DNA from: Vicinamibacteria bacterium
GTDB lineage: Bacteria > Acidobacteriota > Vicinamibacteria > Vicinamibacterales > JAENWD01
DNA length: 64,000 nucleotides
Assembly (NCBI GenBank): GCA_963837165.1
Contig: CAWIMD010000002.1
Span: 184,143 to 248,142, forward strand
Reading direction: 5' to 3'
Numbering within the stretch: position 1 is the first letter of the stretch; each line of letters opens with the position of its first letter. The position numbers were made by a program, and so were the translations under genes. Below the pieces are notes generated by a model, which was not told the origin of the DNA, made no database searches, and was given only the letters and a program-made list of their open reading frames with translations. Positions 1-8,661 of the stretch are shown here, one piece after another.

Positions 1-1858
1 TGATGACGTCCACGGACGGCCGCTGGGTCGCCAGGATCAGGTGAATGCCGACGGCGCGCGCCATCTGCGCCAGCCGGCAGATCGATTCCTCCACCTCGTT
101 GCCGGCGACCATCATGAGGTCCGCCAGCTCGTCGATGACGACAATGATGAAGGGCAGCGGTCGGGGAGGCCTCTGGCCCTCCTTGGGATCGCCGGCCGCT
201 TCCTCGATCAGGTGGCGGATGTTCCGGTTGTACTGGTCGATGTTCCGCACGCCCTCGGCGGCCAGGGTCTTGTAGCGCTCCTCCATCTCGTGCACCGCCC
301 ATTTCAGGGCGTTGGCCGCCTGCTTCGGGTCCACGACGACCGGCGTGAGCAGGTGCGGCACGTCCTCGTACATCCCGAGCTCCAGGCGCTTCGGGTCGAT
401 CATGATCAGGCGCACATCGTCTGGCGTCGCGCGGTACAGGACGCTGGTGAGCATCGCGTTCAGGCCGACCGACTTGCCCGTGCCCGTCGAGCCGGCGATG
501 AGCAGGTGCGGCATGGCCGCCAGGTCGGCCAGGAACGGCTCGCCGTGGATGGTCTTGCCCAGCGCGAGGGTGAGCTTCGAGGTCGACCGCCGGTAGGTCT
601 CCGAATCCAGCAGCTCCCGCAGCGAGATCTGCTCGCGCACCTGGTTGGGGACCTGGATGCCGACGGTGGACTTGCCGGGCAGCCGGTCGATGATGATCGA
701 CTCGGCCTGCAGGGCGAGGCACAGGTCGTCGGCGAGGCCGGTGATCTTGCTGTACTTCACGCCCGCATCGGGCTTGAACTCGAACGTCGTGACGACGGGG
801 CCGGGATGGATCTGGACGACGCTGCCCTCGACGGAGAACTCGCGGCACTTCTCCTCGAGCAGCCGCGCACCCTCCATCAGCTCGCGCTCGTCGATCTTGC
901 GTTCCGTCTTGAGGGCGTCGAGGAGCGTCAGCGGCGGCAGGCTGAAGCCGCCCAGGCGGCGCTCCGCCGGGGCGCGCGACGTGGTGTCGGGCTCGCCGAG
1001 GGGCAGCGCGGGCGTGACGACCCGGGTCCGGCCTTCACGCGCCGGTGCGATGGCCGGTCGCGCGGACTCGGCGCGGCGCAGGGGTGCCGCCGCCGCCGGC
1101 AGGTCCTCATCGCCATCGTCGGGATCCTCGCGGAGGCGCTCCCGCACCTTGCGCGCCGCCCGTCCGGCGGCGACGGCCTGGGCAGCCTCGGCGCCGGCGG
1201 CCGCGCCGTTCTTCTTCGTGTGCTTTGCGATGACCTCGCGCCGTTCGGCCTCGCGGCGGCGCTCCTCGCGCCACGACCGGTACGCGCCGGCAGTGCGCCC
1301 GCCAGCGCCGACTGCCGTCTCGAACACCGACGAGAACATCCGGCCGAACGAGAACTGCGTGGCGAGGATCACCGCCAGGGTCAGCAGCGTCAGCACGACG
1401 ATGACCGCCCCGGGCCTGTTCAGATAGGCGGTCGCGATCTCGCCAATCCACTCGCCAACGTAGCCGCCCGCCCGGACGGTGTGTCCGTTCACGTCTGCGC
1501 GACCCACGACGAGGCCGAGCAGGGCGCTCAGGCAGCCGAAGAAGAGGGCCGCGCCGACCGACTTCGTGTAGATCGAGTCCACCGGCCGGCACCAGAAGAG
1601 ATTCCAGCCCGCTACGCCAATCAACGCGGGAATGAGAAACGACGCGTAGCCGAAGATCTGCAGCGAGACCTCGGACAGGAAGGCGCCGACGAGCCCCACG
1701 AAGTTGGCGGCCTGGTGGCTGTCGCCCGCGGTGAAGAACCAGACCGGGTCGCTGGGCTCGTGGGTCACGAGCGCAATCAGCCAGATGAGCGAGACGGCGA
1801 ACAGGGCGACGCCGGCAAACTCGCTCGCCCTCCGCGACAGGATCGATGTGGTCGCCAC
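1..1858 (-). CDS. ftsK: DNA translocase FtsK/SpoIIIE (3' end runs off the window start)
   Basis: My own minus-strand translation. The ORF is not in the track because it has no stop inside the window. GTG start at 1858, N-terminal TM helices (FAGVALFAVSLIWLIALV...), then AGSTGTGKSVGLNAML (Walker A), FIIVVIDELADLMM (Walker B) and LILATQRPSVDVI. The + ORF 41..1921 is its antisense shadow. Confidence 0.9.
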   Translation of the reverse strand, partial: MATTSILSRRASEFAGVALFAVSLIWLIALVTHEPSDPVWFFTAGDSHQAANFVGLVGAFLSEVSLQIFGYASFLIPALIGVAGWNLFWCRPVDSIYTKSVGAALFFGCLSALLGLVVGRADVNGHTVRAGGYVGEWIGEIATAYLNRPGAVIVVLTLLTLAVILATQFSFGRMFSSVFETAVGAGGRTAGAYRSWREERRREAERREVIAKHTKKNGAAAGAEAAQAVAAGRAARKVRERLREDPDDGDEDLPAAAAPLRRAESARPAIAPAREGRTRVVTPALPLGEPDTTSRAPAERRLGGFSLPPLTLLDALKTERKIDERELMEGARLLEEKCREFSVEGSVVQIHPGPVVTTFEFKPDAGVKYSKITGLADDLCLALQAESIIIDRLPGKSTVGIQVPNQVREQISLRELLDSETYRRSTSKLTLALGKTIHGEPFLADLAAMPHLLIAGSTGTGKSVGLNAMLTSVLYRATPDDVRLIMIDPKRLELGMYEDVPHLLTPVVVDPKQAANALKWAVHEMEERYKTLAAEGVRNIDQYNRNIRHLIEEAAGDPKEGQRPPRPLPFIIVVIDELADLMMVAGNEVEESICRLAQMARAVGIHLILATQRPSVDVI

Positions 1859-1865
1859 GTGTGTC

Positions 1866-3536
1866 TCAGATCTCCATCACGATCGGCAGCACCAGCGGGC
1901 GCCGTCCCGACCGCTTCCTGAAGAACCGCCGCACTTCCCCCCGAATCGCTTCGCGGAGGAGCCCCGCGTCCGTCCGTTCCTCGACGCTCAGCTGGCCGAT
2001 CATCTCGGCGAGCCGTTCCGATCCCTCGGCCAGCAGGGCCTCGCTCGAGGCCTCGGTCACCACGCCGCGCGTGACGATCTCCGGCGGGCCGGCGAGCTCG
2101 CCGTTGTGCGTCCGGACGGCCACGACCGGCAGCACGATGCCGTCGGCGGCGAGGTGGCGCCGGTCGCGGATCACCTCGTCGGCGACCTCACCGACGCGCG
2201 TGTCGTCGATCAGCACCCGCCCGGTCGGGGCCTTGCCGGCAACTACCGCGTCCGCCGCGTCGAAGCGCAGCACGTCGCCGTCCTCCACGAGGAGCACGTC
2301 CATCGCACGGCCCGACCCGGCGGTCACGCGCTCGGCGACGCGGCGGTGCTCGACCAGGTGCCGGTACTCGCCGTGGATCGGGACGAAGAACCGGGGCCGT
2401 GCGAGCGAGAGCACGAGCTTGAGCTCCTCCACGCTCGCGTGCCCCGACACGTGCACGTGCCGGTGGGCCTCGGTGACGATGGCGGCGCCCCGTCGGGTCA
2501 CGTGGTTCACGATCCGGCCGATCGCCTTCTCGTTGCCCGGAATCGCGCGCGCCGAGAGCACGACGGTATCGCCGGGCGCCAGCTTCACGTGCCGGTGGTC
2601 GTCGATCGCGATCCGCGAGAGCGCCGACCGGGGCTCGCCCTGGGAGCCGGTCGTGATGCAGAGTACCTCGTGCGGCGGATAGGCCGGCACGTCGCTGTCG
2701 CGAATCTGGAGGCCCGCCGGGATCGACAGGTAGCCCAACCGGACCCCGATCTCGGAGTTCTGCACCATGCCGCGTCCCACGAACGCCACCTTGCGGTTGA
2801 AGCGCTCGGCGAGGCGCACCAGGATCTGCATCCGGTACAGGCTCGAAGAGAACGTGGCGACCACCAGCAGGCCCGCCGCCGATGTGAAGATCTCCTCGAA
2901 CGCGCCCAGGACCTCGAGCTCGGATCCGGTGACGCCCGGGCGATCGATGTTCGTGCTGTCCGCCATCAGCGCCAGCACGCCCTGCGTGCCCAGCGTGGCG
3001 AACCGGTGCAGGTCGAAGTGGCGCCCGTCGAGCGGCGTGTGGTCCACCTTGAAGTCGCCCGTGTGGACCACCGTGCCGACGGGCGTGTGGATCGCCAGCG
3101 CGACCGCGTCCGGAATGCTGTGCGTGACCTGGACGAACTCCACCTCGAACGGACCGACCGTCACGCGATCGCCCGCCGCCACCGGACGCAGCCGCCCCCC
3201 CGGGTCGATCTCGTGTTCCGCCAGCTTGGGCTCCACGAGCGCAAGCGTCAGGGGCGTGCCGTACACGGGGCCGTCCACCAGCGACCAGACGTACGGCACG
3301 CCGCCGATGTGGTCCTCGTGCCCGTGCGTCAGCACGAGCGCGGCCACCCGGCGGCCCTGCAGGTAGGCGAGATCGGGCACGACGAGATCGACGCCGGGCA
3401 GTTCCGGCCCCGGAAACATCGCGCCGGCGTCCACGACCACGGTCGTGTCGCCCCACGAGAAGGCCGTCATGTTCATGCCGAACTCGCCGAGCCCGCCGAG
3501 GGGTACGACCTCGAGCCGGCCGTCTGCGTCTGACAT
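1866..3536 (-). CDS. rnj: Ribonuclease J (metallo-beta-lactamase/beta-CASP RNase)
   Basis: Track ORF 1866..3605. Carries the motif LVLTHGHEDHIGG and has RNase J length and architecture. I moved the start to ATG 3536 (MSDADGRLEVVPLGGLGEFGMN...). Confidence 0.88.
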   Translation of the reverse strand: MSDADGRLEVVPLGGLGEFGMNMTAFSWGDTTVVVDAGAMFPGPELPGVDLVVPDLAYLQGRRVAALVLTHGHEDHIGGVPYVWSLVDGPVYGTPLTLALVEPKLAEHEIDPGGRLRPVAAGDRVTVGPFEVEFVQVTHSIPDAVALAIHTPVGTVVHTGDFKVDHTPLDGRHFDLHRFATLGTQGVLALMADSTNIDRPGVTGSELEVLGAFEEIFTSAAGLLVVATFSSSLYRMQILVRLAERFNRKVAFVGRGMVQNSEIGVRLGYLSIPAGLQIRDSDVPAYPPHEVLCITTGSQGEPRSALSRIAIDDHRHVKLAPGDTVVLSARAIPGNEKAIGRIVNHVTRRGAAIVTEAHRHVHVSGHASVEELKLVLSLARPRFFVPIHGEYRHLVEHRRVAERVTAGSGRAMDVLLVEDGDVLRFDAADAVVAGKAPTGRVLIDDTRVGEVADEVIRDRRHLAADGIVLPVVAVRTHNGELAGPPEIVTRGVVTEASSEALLAEGSERLAEMIGQLSVEERTDAGLLREAIRGEVRRFFRKRSGRRPLVLPIVMEI

Positions 3537-3755
3537 CCGGAGTCCCAGCAAGGCCGGCCGCGCCAGCCTCGGTTGACACGTCTGCCCGTCAGTCGCCGCG
3601 CGCACGCGGACCGATCAGTGACGGAGCTGCCGGCGCAGAGCGGGCGGGGCGCCCGCGAGCATCGGCGTGCAGGCCGCTGGGACAGCCTGGCGAATCTTGC
3701 GAACGGAGGGGTAGAACGCCGGAAACTATAGCACAGCCGGTAGTTGGACAGGTAC

Positions 3756-4592
3756 TCAGGAGTTTGCCGGAGGGCCCGGCGGCTGCGGCGCGGGCCGGGC
3801 GAGCTCACGGGCCAGTCCGGCCAGTTCGTCCACGCTCAGCGTGTCGGGTCGCCGCCGGGGATCCAGCCCGGCGTGTTCGAGCAGGGCTCCGGCCGGCCAG
3901 CCGGCGGCTTCGGCCACGCCCCGCACGGCGTTCCCGAGCATCTTTCGGCGCATGCCGAAGATGCCGCGCACCAGCGGCACCAGCGTCGCTGACACGTCTG
4001 CGTGCCGCGGCGGGTGCAGGAACTCGAGCCGGACGACGGCCGAGGTGACCTTCGGCGGGGGTCTGAACGCGCCCGGCGGCAACGTCAACAGGCGGGACAC
4101 CGACGCCCCCAGCGCGACAGAGACGGTGAGGGGCCCGTAGTCCTTCGATCCCGGCGACGCCGTCAGCCGGTCCACCACTTCACGCTGCAGCATCAGCGTG
4201 GCATCGCGCAGAGCTGCCGCGCCGGCAAGCGCCAGCAGCCGGAACAGGATCGGCGTCGAGATGTTGTACGGCAGGTTGCCGGCCACGCGGCTGCCCACGG
4301 GCAGTGCGAGCGCCGCCGGGTCAAGCCTCAGGAAATCGCCCTCGACGACGGTCAGGTGGGGAATGGCCTGCGCGCTCAGCGCGCGGGCAAGATCGCGGTC
4401 GACCTCGACGGCCACCACCTGCCGGGCGCGCGCGGCGAGCTGCCGCGAGATCGCGCCTCGCCCGGGACCGATCTCGAGGAAGCTGTCGTCAGGCGCCGGC
4501 GCAATCGCCTCCACCAGCCGCGCCGCCCACTGCGGCTCGAGGAAGTGCTGGCCGAAACGCTTCCGCGGCCGCGGCAGGCCTTCCGCGCTCAC
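3756..4592 (-). CDS. rsmA: 16S rRNA (adenine1518/1519-N6)-dimethyltransferase RsmA/KsgA
   Basis: C-terminal 279 codons of track ORF 3756..5180: KRFGQHFL, FLEIGPGRGAISRQL, VAGNLPYNISTPILF. GTG start at 4592 overlaps the upstream stop (GTGA). Confidence 0.88.
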   Translation of the reverse strand: MSAEGLPRPRKRFGQHFLEPQWAARLVEAIAPAPDDSFLEIGPGRGAISRQLAARARQVVAVEVDRDLARALSAQAIPHLTVVEGDFLRLDPAALALPVGSRVAGNLPYNISTPILFRLLALAGAAALRDATLMLQREVVDRLTASPGSKDYGPLTVSVALGASVSRLLTLPPGAFRPPPKVTSAVVRLEFLHPPRHADVSATLVPLVRGIFGMRRKMLGNAVRGVAEAAGWPAGALLEHAGLDPRRRPDTLSVDELAGLARELARPAPQPPGPPANS

Positions 4593-5011
4593 GTGTCCCC
4601 GTTTCCGTCGTCGGCGCCGGCCGGCTCGTCGTCGCCGTACCAGAACTCGTCCTCGACCGCCTGAATCTGCTCCTCCGACAGGCCGAAGTAGTGGCCGGCC
4701 TCGTGGATGAGCGTGAGGCCCACCTCGTCGACGAGCTGGTCCTCGTCCTCGCAGGCGGACTCGAGCGGGACCCGGAACAGCACGATGCGGTCGGGCAGCG
4801 TGTTGCCGTGCGCCCAGCCGCGCTCGGTGAGCGGCGTGCCCTGGTACAGTCCGAACAGGGTCGCGCCGTGCTCCATCCCCAGCTCCGAGAGCAGCTCCGT
4901 CGACGGCTCGTCCTCCACGAGGATCTCGACGTTTTCCAGCCGCCGGCGGAACTCCCGGGGAATCTCCCGCAGCGCCCGTCGCACGATCGACTCGAAACGG
5001 CTGCGCGTCAT
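4589..5011 (-). CDS. Small zincin-like metallopeptidase family protein (HExxH)
   Basis: Track ORF 4589..5212, start moved to ATG 5011 (MTRSRFESIV...). Motif LIHEAGHYFGLSEEQI and an acidic C-terminal tail. Confidence 0.65.
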   Translation of the reverse strand: MTRSRFESIVRRALREIPREFRRRLENVEILVEDEPSTELLSELGMEHGATLFGLYQGTPLTERGWAHGNTLPDRIVLFRVPLESACEDEDQLVDEVGLTLIHEAGHYFGLSEEQIQAVEDEFWYGDDEPAGADDGNGDT

Positions 5012-5736
5012 CGCTTGCGCGACCGGGGCGCGGTCGCCGACCGCCTGGCCTGTCCACCCGTCCTGGGCGCGCGGCGTCGGCCGGCGCGCGTGCTGCCGAG
5101 CGACCGGAAGTAGCGGCAGAGATCGGCGGCCGCGCACCGGTCGCACGCCGGCGCGGTCGGCCGGCACACGCGTCGGCCATGGAGGATGAGGACGTCCGAT
5201 GCGCGAGTCCACCGCGCGCGGGGCAGAGCCTTCATCAGCTGCCGCTCGACGACCTCGGGATCCTCCGAGGCGGCAATCCCGAGCCGGTTCGCCACGCGGA
5301 GCACGTGACGGTCCACGGGGAGGCCGGGCACGCCCAGCGCGTGGCCCAGGACGACGTTGGCCGTCTTGCGCCCGACGCCCGGAAGCTCCACGAGCGCGTC
5401 CATGTCCGCGGGGACCTCGCCGCCATGCCGCTCCACCAGGGCGCGGGCCGCGCCGACAATCGAGCGCGCTTTGCTCCGGAAGAACCCCGTGGAGACGATG
5501 AGCGGCTCGACCGCCTCGGGCTCCACCGAGGACAGCGCACGGGCGTCGGGGTACTTCCGGAACAGGGCGGGCGTGACCACGTTCACGCGGGCGTCGGTGG
5601 ATTGCGCCGAGAGGATCGTCGCGACCAGCAGCTCGAAGGGCGTGTGGTAGTCGAGCTCGGTGTCGGCGTCCGGATACTGCGCCTCGAGCCGGTCGAGAAT
5701 GGCCCGCGTCTCGCGTGCGGGCTTCGGATCCGCCAC
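5008..5736 (-). CDS. nth: Endonuclease III (DNA glycosylase/AP lyase)
   Basis: Track ORF 5008..5826. HhH-GPD motif LPGVGRKTANVVL and a C-terminal Fe-S Cys cluster (CRPTAPACDRCAAADLC). Probable GVG-region GTG start at 5736, just after the upstream gene's stop. Confidence 0.88.
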   Translation of the reverse strand: MADPKPARETRAILDRLEAQYPDADTELDYHTPFELLVATILSAQSTDARVNVVTPALFRKYPDARALSSVEPEAVEPLIVSTGFFRSKARSIVGAARALVERHGGEVPADMDALVELPGVGRKTANVVLGHALGVPGLPVDRHVLRVANRLGIAASEDPEVVERQLMKALPRARWTRASDVLILHGRRVCRPTAPACDRCAAADLCRYFRSLGSTRAGRRRAPRTGGQARRSATAPRSRKR

Positions 5737-5743
5737 GACGGCC

Positions 5744-6055
5744 TCAGTGCACCGCGCCGGGGGCGGCCGTGCCGACGTTGCGAAGCTGTTCCTGGAGCGC
5801 GGCCACCAGGTTGGGCAGCACGCCAAAGGGCACCACGAGCCGGGCGCGGACCGGCGCCTGCACGGTCATCTCGGTGCCCGGCTGCGCGTCGTTGATCGTG
5901 CGGATTTCGGCGTCCGACAGGGGCAGCACCTCGCAGAAGGTGAGCGTGCAGTCGAACGGCGTCTGCGAGATGGCGCAGAAGTTCGCGTACGTCCGCCCCG
6001 GGTTGCCGCCATCGTCGGGGACGATCGTGAAATTGACTTGCTTCAGTTCGGCCAT
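5744..6055 (-). CDS. DUF3467-like small protein
   Basis: Track ORF 5744..6100, start moved to ATG 6055 (MAELKQVNFTIVPDD...YANFCAISQTPFDCTLTFCEV). The family assignment is from memory of the motif. Confidence 0.55.
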   Translation of the reverse strand: MAELKQVNFTIVPDDGGNPGRTYANFCAISQTPFDCTLTFCEVLPLSDAEIRTINDAQPGTEMTVQAPVRARLVVPFGVLPNLVAALQEQLRNVGTAAPGAVH

Positions 6056-6067
6056 GGGACAGTGTAA

Positions 6068-6192
6068 GTCAACTCCCACGCTCCAACTCCCAACTCCCAA
6101 AGGACGAACCCGCCGACCGACTACGCTCGACGCCTGGGCGTTGCAGTTGGGCGTTGGGAATTGGGAATTGGGAGTTGGGAGTTGGGAGTTGA
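6068..6192. repeat. Inverted heptamer arrays: (AACTCCC)n at 6068-6100 versus (GGGAGTT/GGGAATT)n at 6147-6192
   Basis: Read directly: gtcaactcccacgctccaactcccaactccc ... gggaattgggaattgggagttgggagttgggagttgac. The arms are reverse complements around a loop of about 45 nt. The structure starts 10 nt after the lexA stop. Confidence 0.9.
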
Positions 6193-6201
6193 CGAACCTG
6201 C

Positions 6202-6807
6202 TCAGTACTTCCGCATCACCCCCACGACCACGCCCTGAATCTGGACCTGATCGGCGGGCACCAGGATCGGCTGCATCGAGGCGTTGGCCGGCTGCAGGCG
6301 CACCGTGTCGTGCTCGCGGTAGAACTTCTTGAGCGTGGCGTCGTGCCCGCCGAGCAGGGCAATCACCATCTCCCCGTTGTCGGCGCTCTTCCGGTCTTCG
6401 ACGATGACGAAGTCTCCGTCGCGGATCTGCTCGTCGATCATCGAGCTGCCGCGGACACGCAGGACGTAGGTGTCCTTGCGGCCGACCAGGTCTTCAGGCA
6501 CGGCGATGGTCTCGTTGGACGCGACGGCCTCGATGGGGCTGCCGGCGGCCACGAAGCCCAGCAGTGGCAGCTCGACGGCGCGCCCGCCGGCGCGCGTCGG
6601 CACCAGCTCGACCGAGCGGCTGCGATTCCACGCGCGTTTGATGAAGCCCTTTTCCTGCAGGTTGGTGAGGTGCTTGTGCACCGTCGCCAGGGATGACAGG
6701 TTGAAGCGGCGTCCGATTTCCTCCAGGCTCGGCGCGTAGCCATGTCGCTGGATGAACTCGTTGAGATAGTCGAGGATCTCGCGCTGGCGCTTGGTGAGGG
6801 GCATCAT
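6202..6807 (-). CDS. lexA: LexA repressor (SOS regulator, S24 peptidase)
   Basis: MMPLTKRQREILDYLNEFIQRHGYAPSLEEIG... winged HTH, an AAG cleavage site (FVAAGSPIEA), and the Ser/Lys motifs VRGSSM and LKKF. Confidence 0.95.
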   Translation of the reverse strand: MMPLTKRQREILDYLNEFIQRHGYAPSLEEIGRRFNLSSLATVHKHLTNLQEKGFIKRAWNRSRSVELVPTRAGGRAVELPLLGFVAAGSPIEAVASNETIAVPEDLVGRKDTYVLRVRGSSMIDEQIRDGDFVIVEDRKSADNGEMVIALLGGHDATLKKFYREHDTVRLQPANASMQPILVPADQVQIQGVVVGVMRKY

Positions 6808-6812
6808 GTCGC

Positions 6813-6845
6813 GCGTATGTTACGCAAAGGAAAGGCGAAGGTCAA
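6813..6845 (-). promoter_or_regulatory. lexA promoter (TTGACC-17-TAACAT) with an overlapping 13-bp palindrome GCGTAtgtTACGC
   Basis: On the minus strand, TTGACC lies at 6845-6840, a 17-nt spacer follows, and TAACAT lies at 6822-6817. The -10 ends 9 nt before ATG 6807, so the mRNA is leaderless or nearly so. The palindrome at 6813-6825 overlaps the -10. Confidence 0.45.
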
Positions 6846-6918
6846 CCTCTTCCACAATCTCGCGGTCGACCAGGGTTCAGCCAATCACCGAGGCGGGCCA
6901 GGAGCGCGTGTCGGCCGC

Positions 6919-7878
6919 GTGCTAGGATTTCCGGCCGTGCAGATCCCGTTCACGCTGCTTCCCGCCGGCGCCCGCGCCTTCGACGTCGTCGGTCTTGGCC
7001 AGAACAGCGTCGACCTGCTGGCGGTCGTCGGCGCATTTCCCCGCAGCAACACGAAGCACCGCATCGACCGGTTCGCGCGTCTGCCGGGCGGACAGGTGGC
7101 CTCCGCGATGGTGTGCTGCGCGCGCCTCGGGTGGCGCGCCCGCTACGTCGGGCGGTTCGGCACCGACGAGCTGGGCGCGGTCGGCCTCGGGAGCCTCACA
7201 GACGAAGGCGTCGACGTGTCGGCCGCGCAGACGGTGAACGCCCGCACGCGGTTTGCCATGGTCCTCGTGGACGGCCGGTCCGGCGATCGCACGGTGCTGT
7301 GGGACCGGGATCCCGCACTTGCCCTGCGGCCGGGCGACGTCGCGACCGACGTCTGGGCGTCGGGCCGCGCGCTGCACGTGGACTGCGAGGACATCGCGAC
7401 GGCGACCGAGGCCGCGCGCACCGCTCGCGCCGCCGGCGTGCTGACGGTCATTGACGTCGAGGCCGTGCTGCCCGGCGTTCCCGCGCTGCTGCGCCACATC
7501 GACGTCATCGTCGCGTCCGAGGGACTCCCGGAACGGCTCACGGGCCACCACGACACCGGCACGGCGCTGGCGGCGATGGCGCGCGAGTACGAGCCGGCGG
7601 TCGCGTGTGTGACGCTCGGGGCGGCGGGCAGCCTTGCCATCTGCCAGGGGCGGGAGATCCGGACGCCGGCCTTCGAGGTTCCGGTCGTGGACAGCACCGG
7701 CGCGGGCGATGCGTTCCGCGGCGGGTTCATCAGCGGCTACCTGAAGGCAGGCCCCACCGCCGACGCCGCCGACGTGCTCACGTACGCCACGGCGGTGGCC
7801 GCGCTGAAGTGCCGGTCGCTCGGCGCGCGGGACGGCCTGCCCGCCGCCGCCGCCGTCGAGCAGTTCCTGCGCCGCTGA
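6919..7878 (+). CDS. PfkB-family carbohydrate kinase (ribokinase-like)
   Basis: Track ORF 6742..7878. FDVVGLGQNSVDLL near the N-terminus and the C-terminal signature DSTGAGDAFRGGFISG. The start is uncertain (GTG 6919 or 6937). Confidence 0.8.
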   Translation: MLGFPAVQIPFTLLPAGARAFDVVGLGQNSVDLLAVVGAFPRSNTKHRIDRFARLPGGQVASAMVCCARLGWRARYVGRFGTDELGAVGLGSLTDEGVDVSAAQTVNARTRFAMVLVDGRSGDRTVLWDRDPALALRPGDVATDVWASGRALHVDCEDIATATEAARTARAAGVLTVIDVEAVLPGVPALLRHIDVIVASEGLPERLTGHHDTGTALAAMAREYEPAVACVTLGAAGSLAICQGREIRTPAFEVPVVDSTGAGDAFRGGFISGYLKAGPTADAADVLTYATAVAALKCRSLGARDGLPAAAAVEQFLRR

Positions 7879-7891
7879 GAGCACTCGAGTA

Positions 7892-7968
7892 CAGCACCTT
7901 CAGCACCTCCAGCACCGCACCTTCAGCACCTCCAGCACCCCAGCATCTTCAGCACCCCGCCTCCAGCG
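7892..7968. repeat. Tandem array, unit about CAGCACCTY (8-9 nt)
   Basis: cagcaccttcagcacctccagcaccgcaccttcagcacctccagcaccccagcatcttcagcacc. Begins 14 nt after the kinase stop. Confidence 0.8.
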
Positions 7969-8051
7969 CAAGCCACCGCCAGCCTTTGTCCGTCCGCCGG
8001 GGGCGTGGTACGATGGACGGTGCCTGCCAGCTGTTTCGGGAGGACTTCGGC

Positions 8052-8651
8052 ATGCGAATCGCCCTGATGCTGTGGATGGTGGCCGGCGCCGCGGTGGCGC
8101 TTGCGGCAGCCGACGGCGATACGGGCATCGGCTCCCGCGCCGACGCCGACGCGCTCCAGCAGAAGCTCGTACAGATCGCCACCAACGGGCTCGCCGCCAC
8201 CCCGGCCGCGAAGAAGACCGCCGTGACCGAGCGTGAGGTGAACGCGTTCCTCCGTTCGTACGCGCAGCAGGGGCTGCCGGCCGGCGTGGTCGATCCGCTC
8301 GTCACGATCCTGCCCGACGGCCGCCTCCAGGGGCGCGCGACGGTCGATCTGGATCAGGTGCGCGCGTCGAAGGATCGCGGCATGATGAGCCCGTGGACGC
8401 TGCTCCGCGGCCGGCTGCCGGTCGAGGCCGTGGGCGTGCTCCACACGGGCAAGGGCGTCGGCGCGTTCACGCTCGAGTCGGCGACCATCGGCGGCGTGCC
8501 GGTGCCCACGTCGGTGCTCCACGAGCTCGTCAGCTACTACACGCGCGGGCCGCAGCAGCCCGACGGCGTGAACTTCGAGGCGCCGTTCCGCCTGCCCGCC
8601 GGCATCCGCGAGATCCAGACGGCCCTCGGTCAGGCGACGGTCGTGCAATAG
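8052..8651 (+). CDS. Exported hypothetical protein
   Basis: Track ORF 7605..8651. Start moved to ATG 8052, preceded by GGAGGA. Signal-peptide-like N-terminus MRIALMLWMVAGAAVALAAA. Confidence 0.55.
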   Translation: MRIALMLWMVAGAAVALAAADGDTGIGSRADADALQQKLVQIATNGLAATPAAKKTAVTEREVNAFLRSYAQQGLPAGVVDPLVTILPDGRLQGRATVDLDQVRASKDRGMMSPWTLLRGRLPVEAVGVLHTGKGVGAFTLESATIGGVPVPTSVLHELVSYYTRGPQQPDGVNFEAPFRLPAGIREIQTALGQATVVQ

Positions 8652-8661
8652 GCGCGGCTCC

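Noticed and set aside
41-1921. 626-aa + strand ORF covering the first 1.9 kb
   Set aside because: Arg/Ala/Gly-rich sequence with no recognisable domains. The opposite strand encodes a textbook FtsK (Walker A/B and the translocase motif). This is a GC-driven shadow ORF.
3537-3755. Long (about 200 nt) untranslated region upstream of rnj as a structured autoregulatory leader
   Set aside because: This is plausible from what is known of RNase J/E autoregulation. However, I could not identify a convincing promoter or a conserved structure by eye, so it is not reported as a feature.
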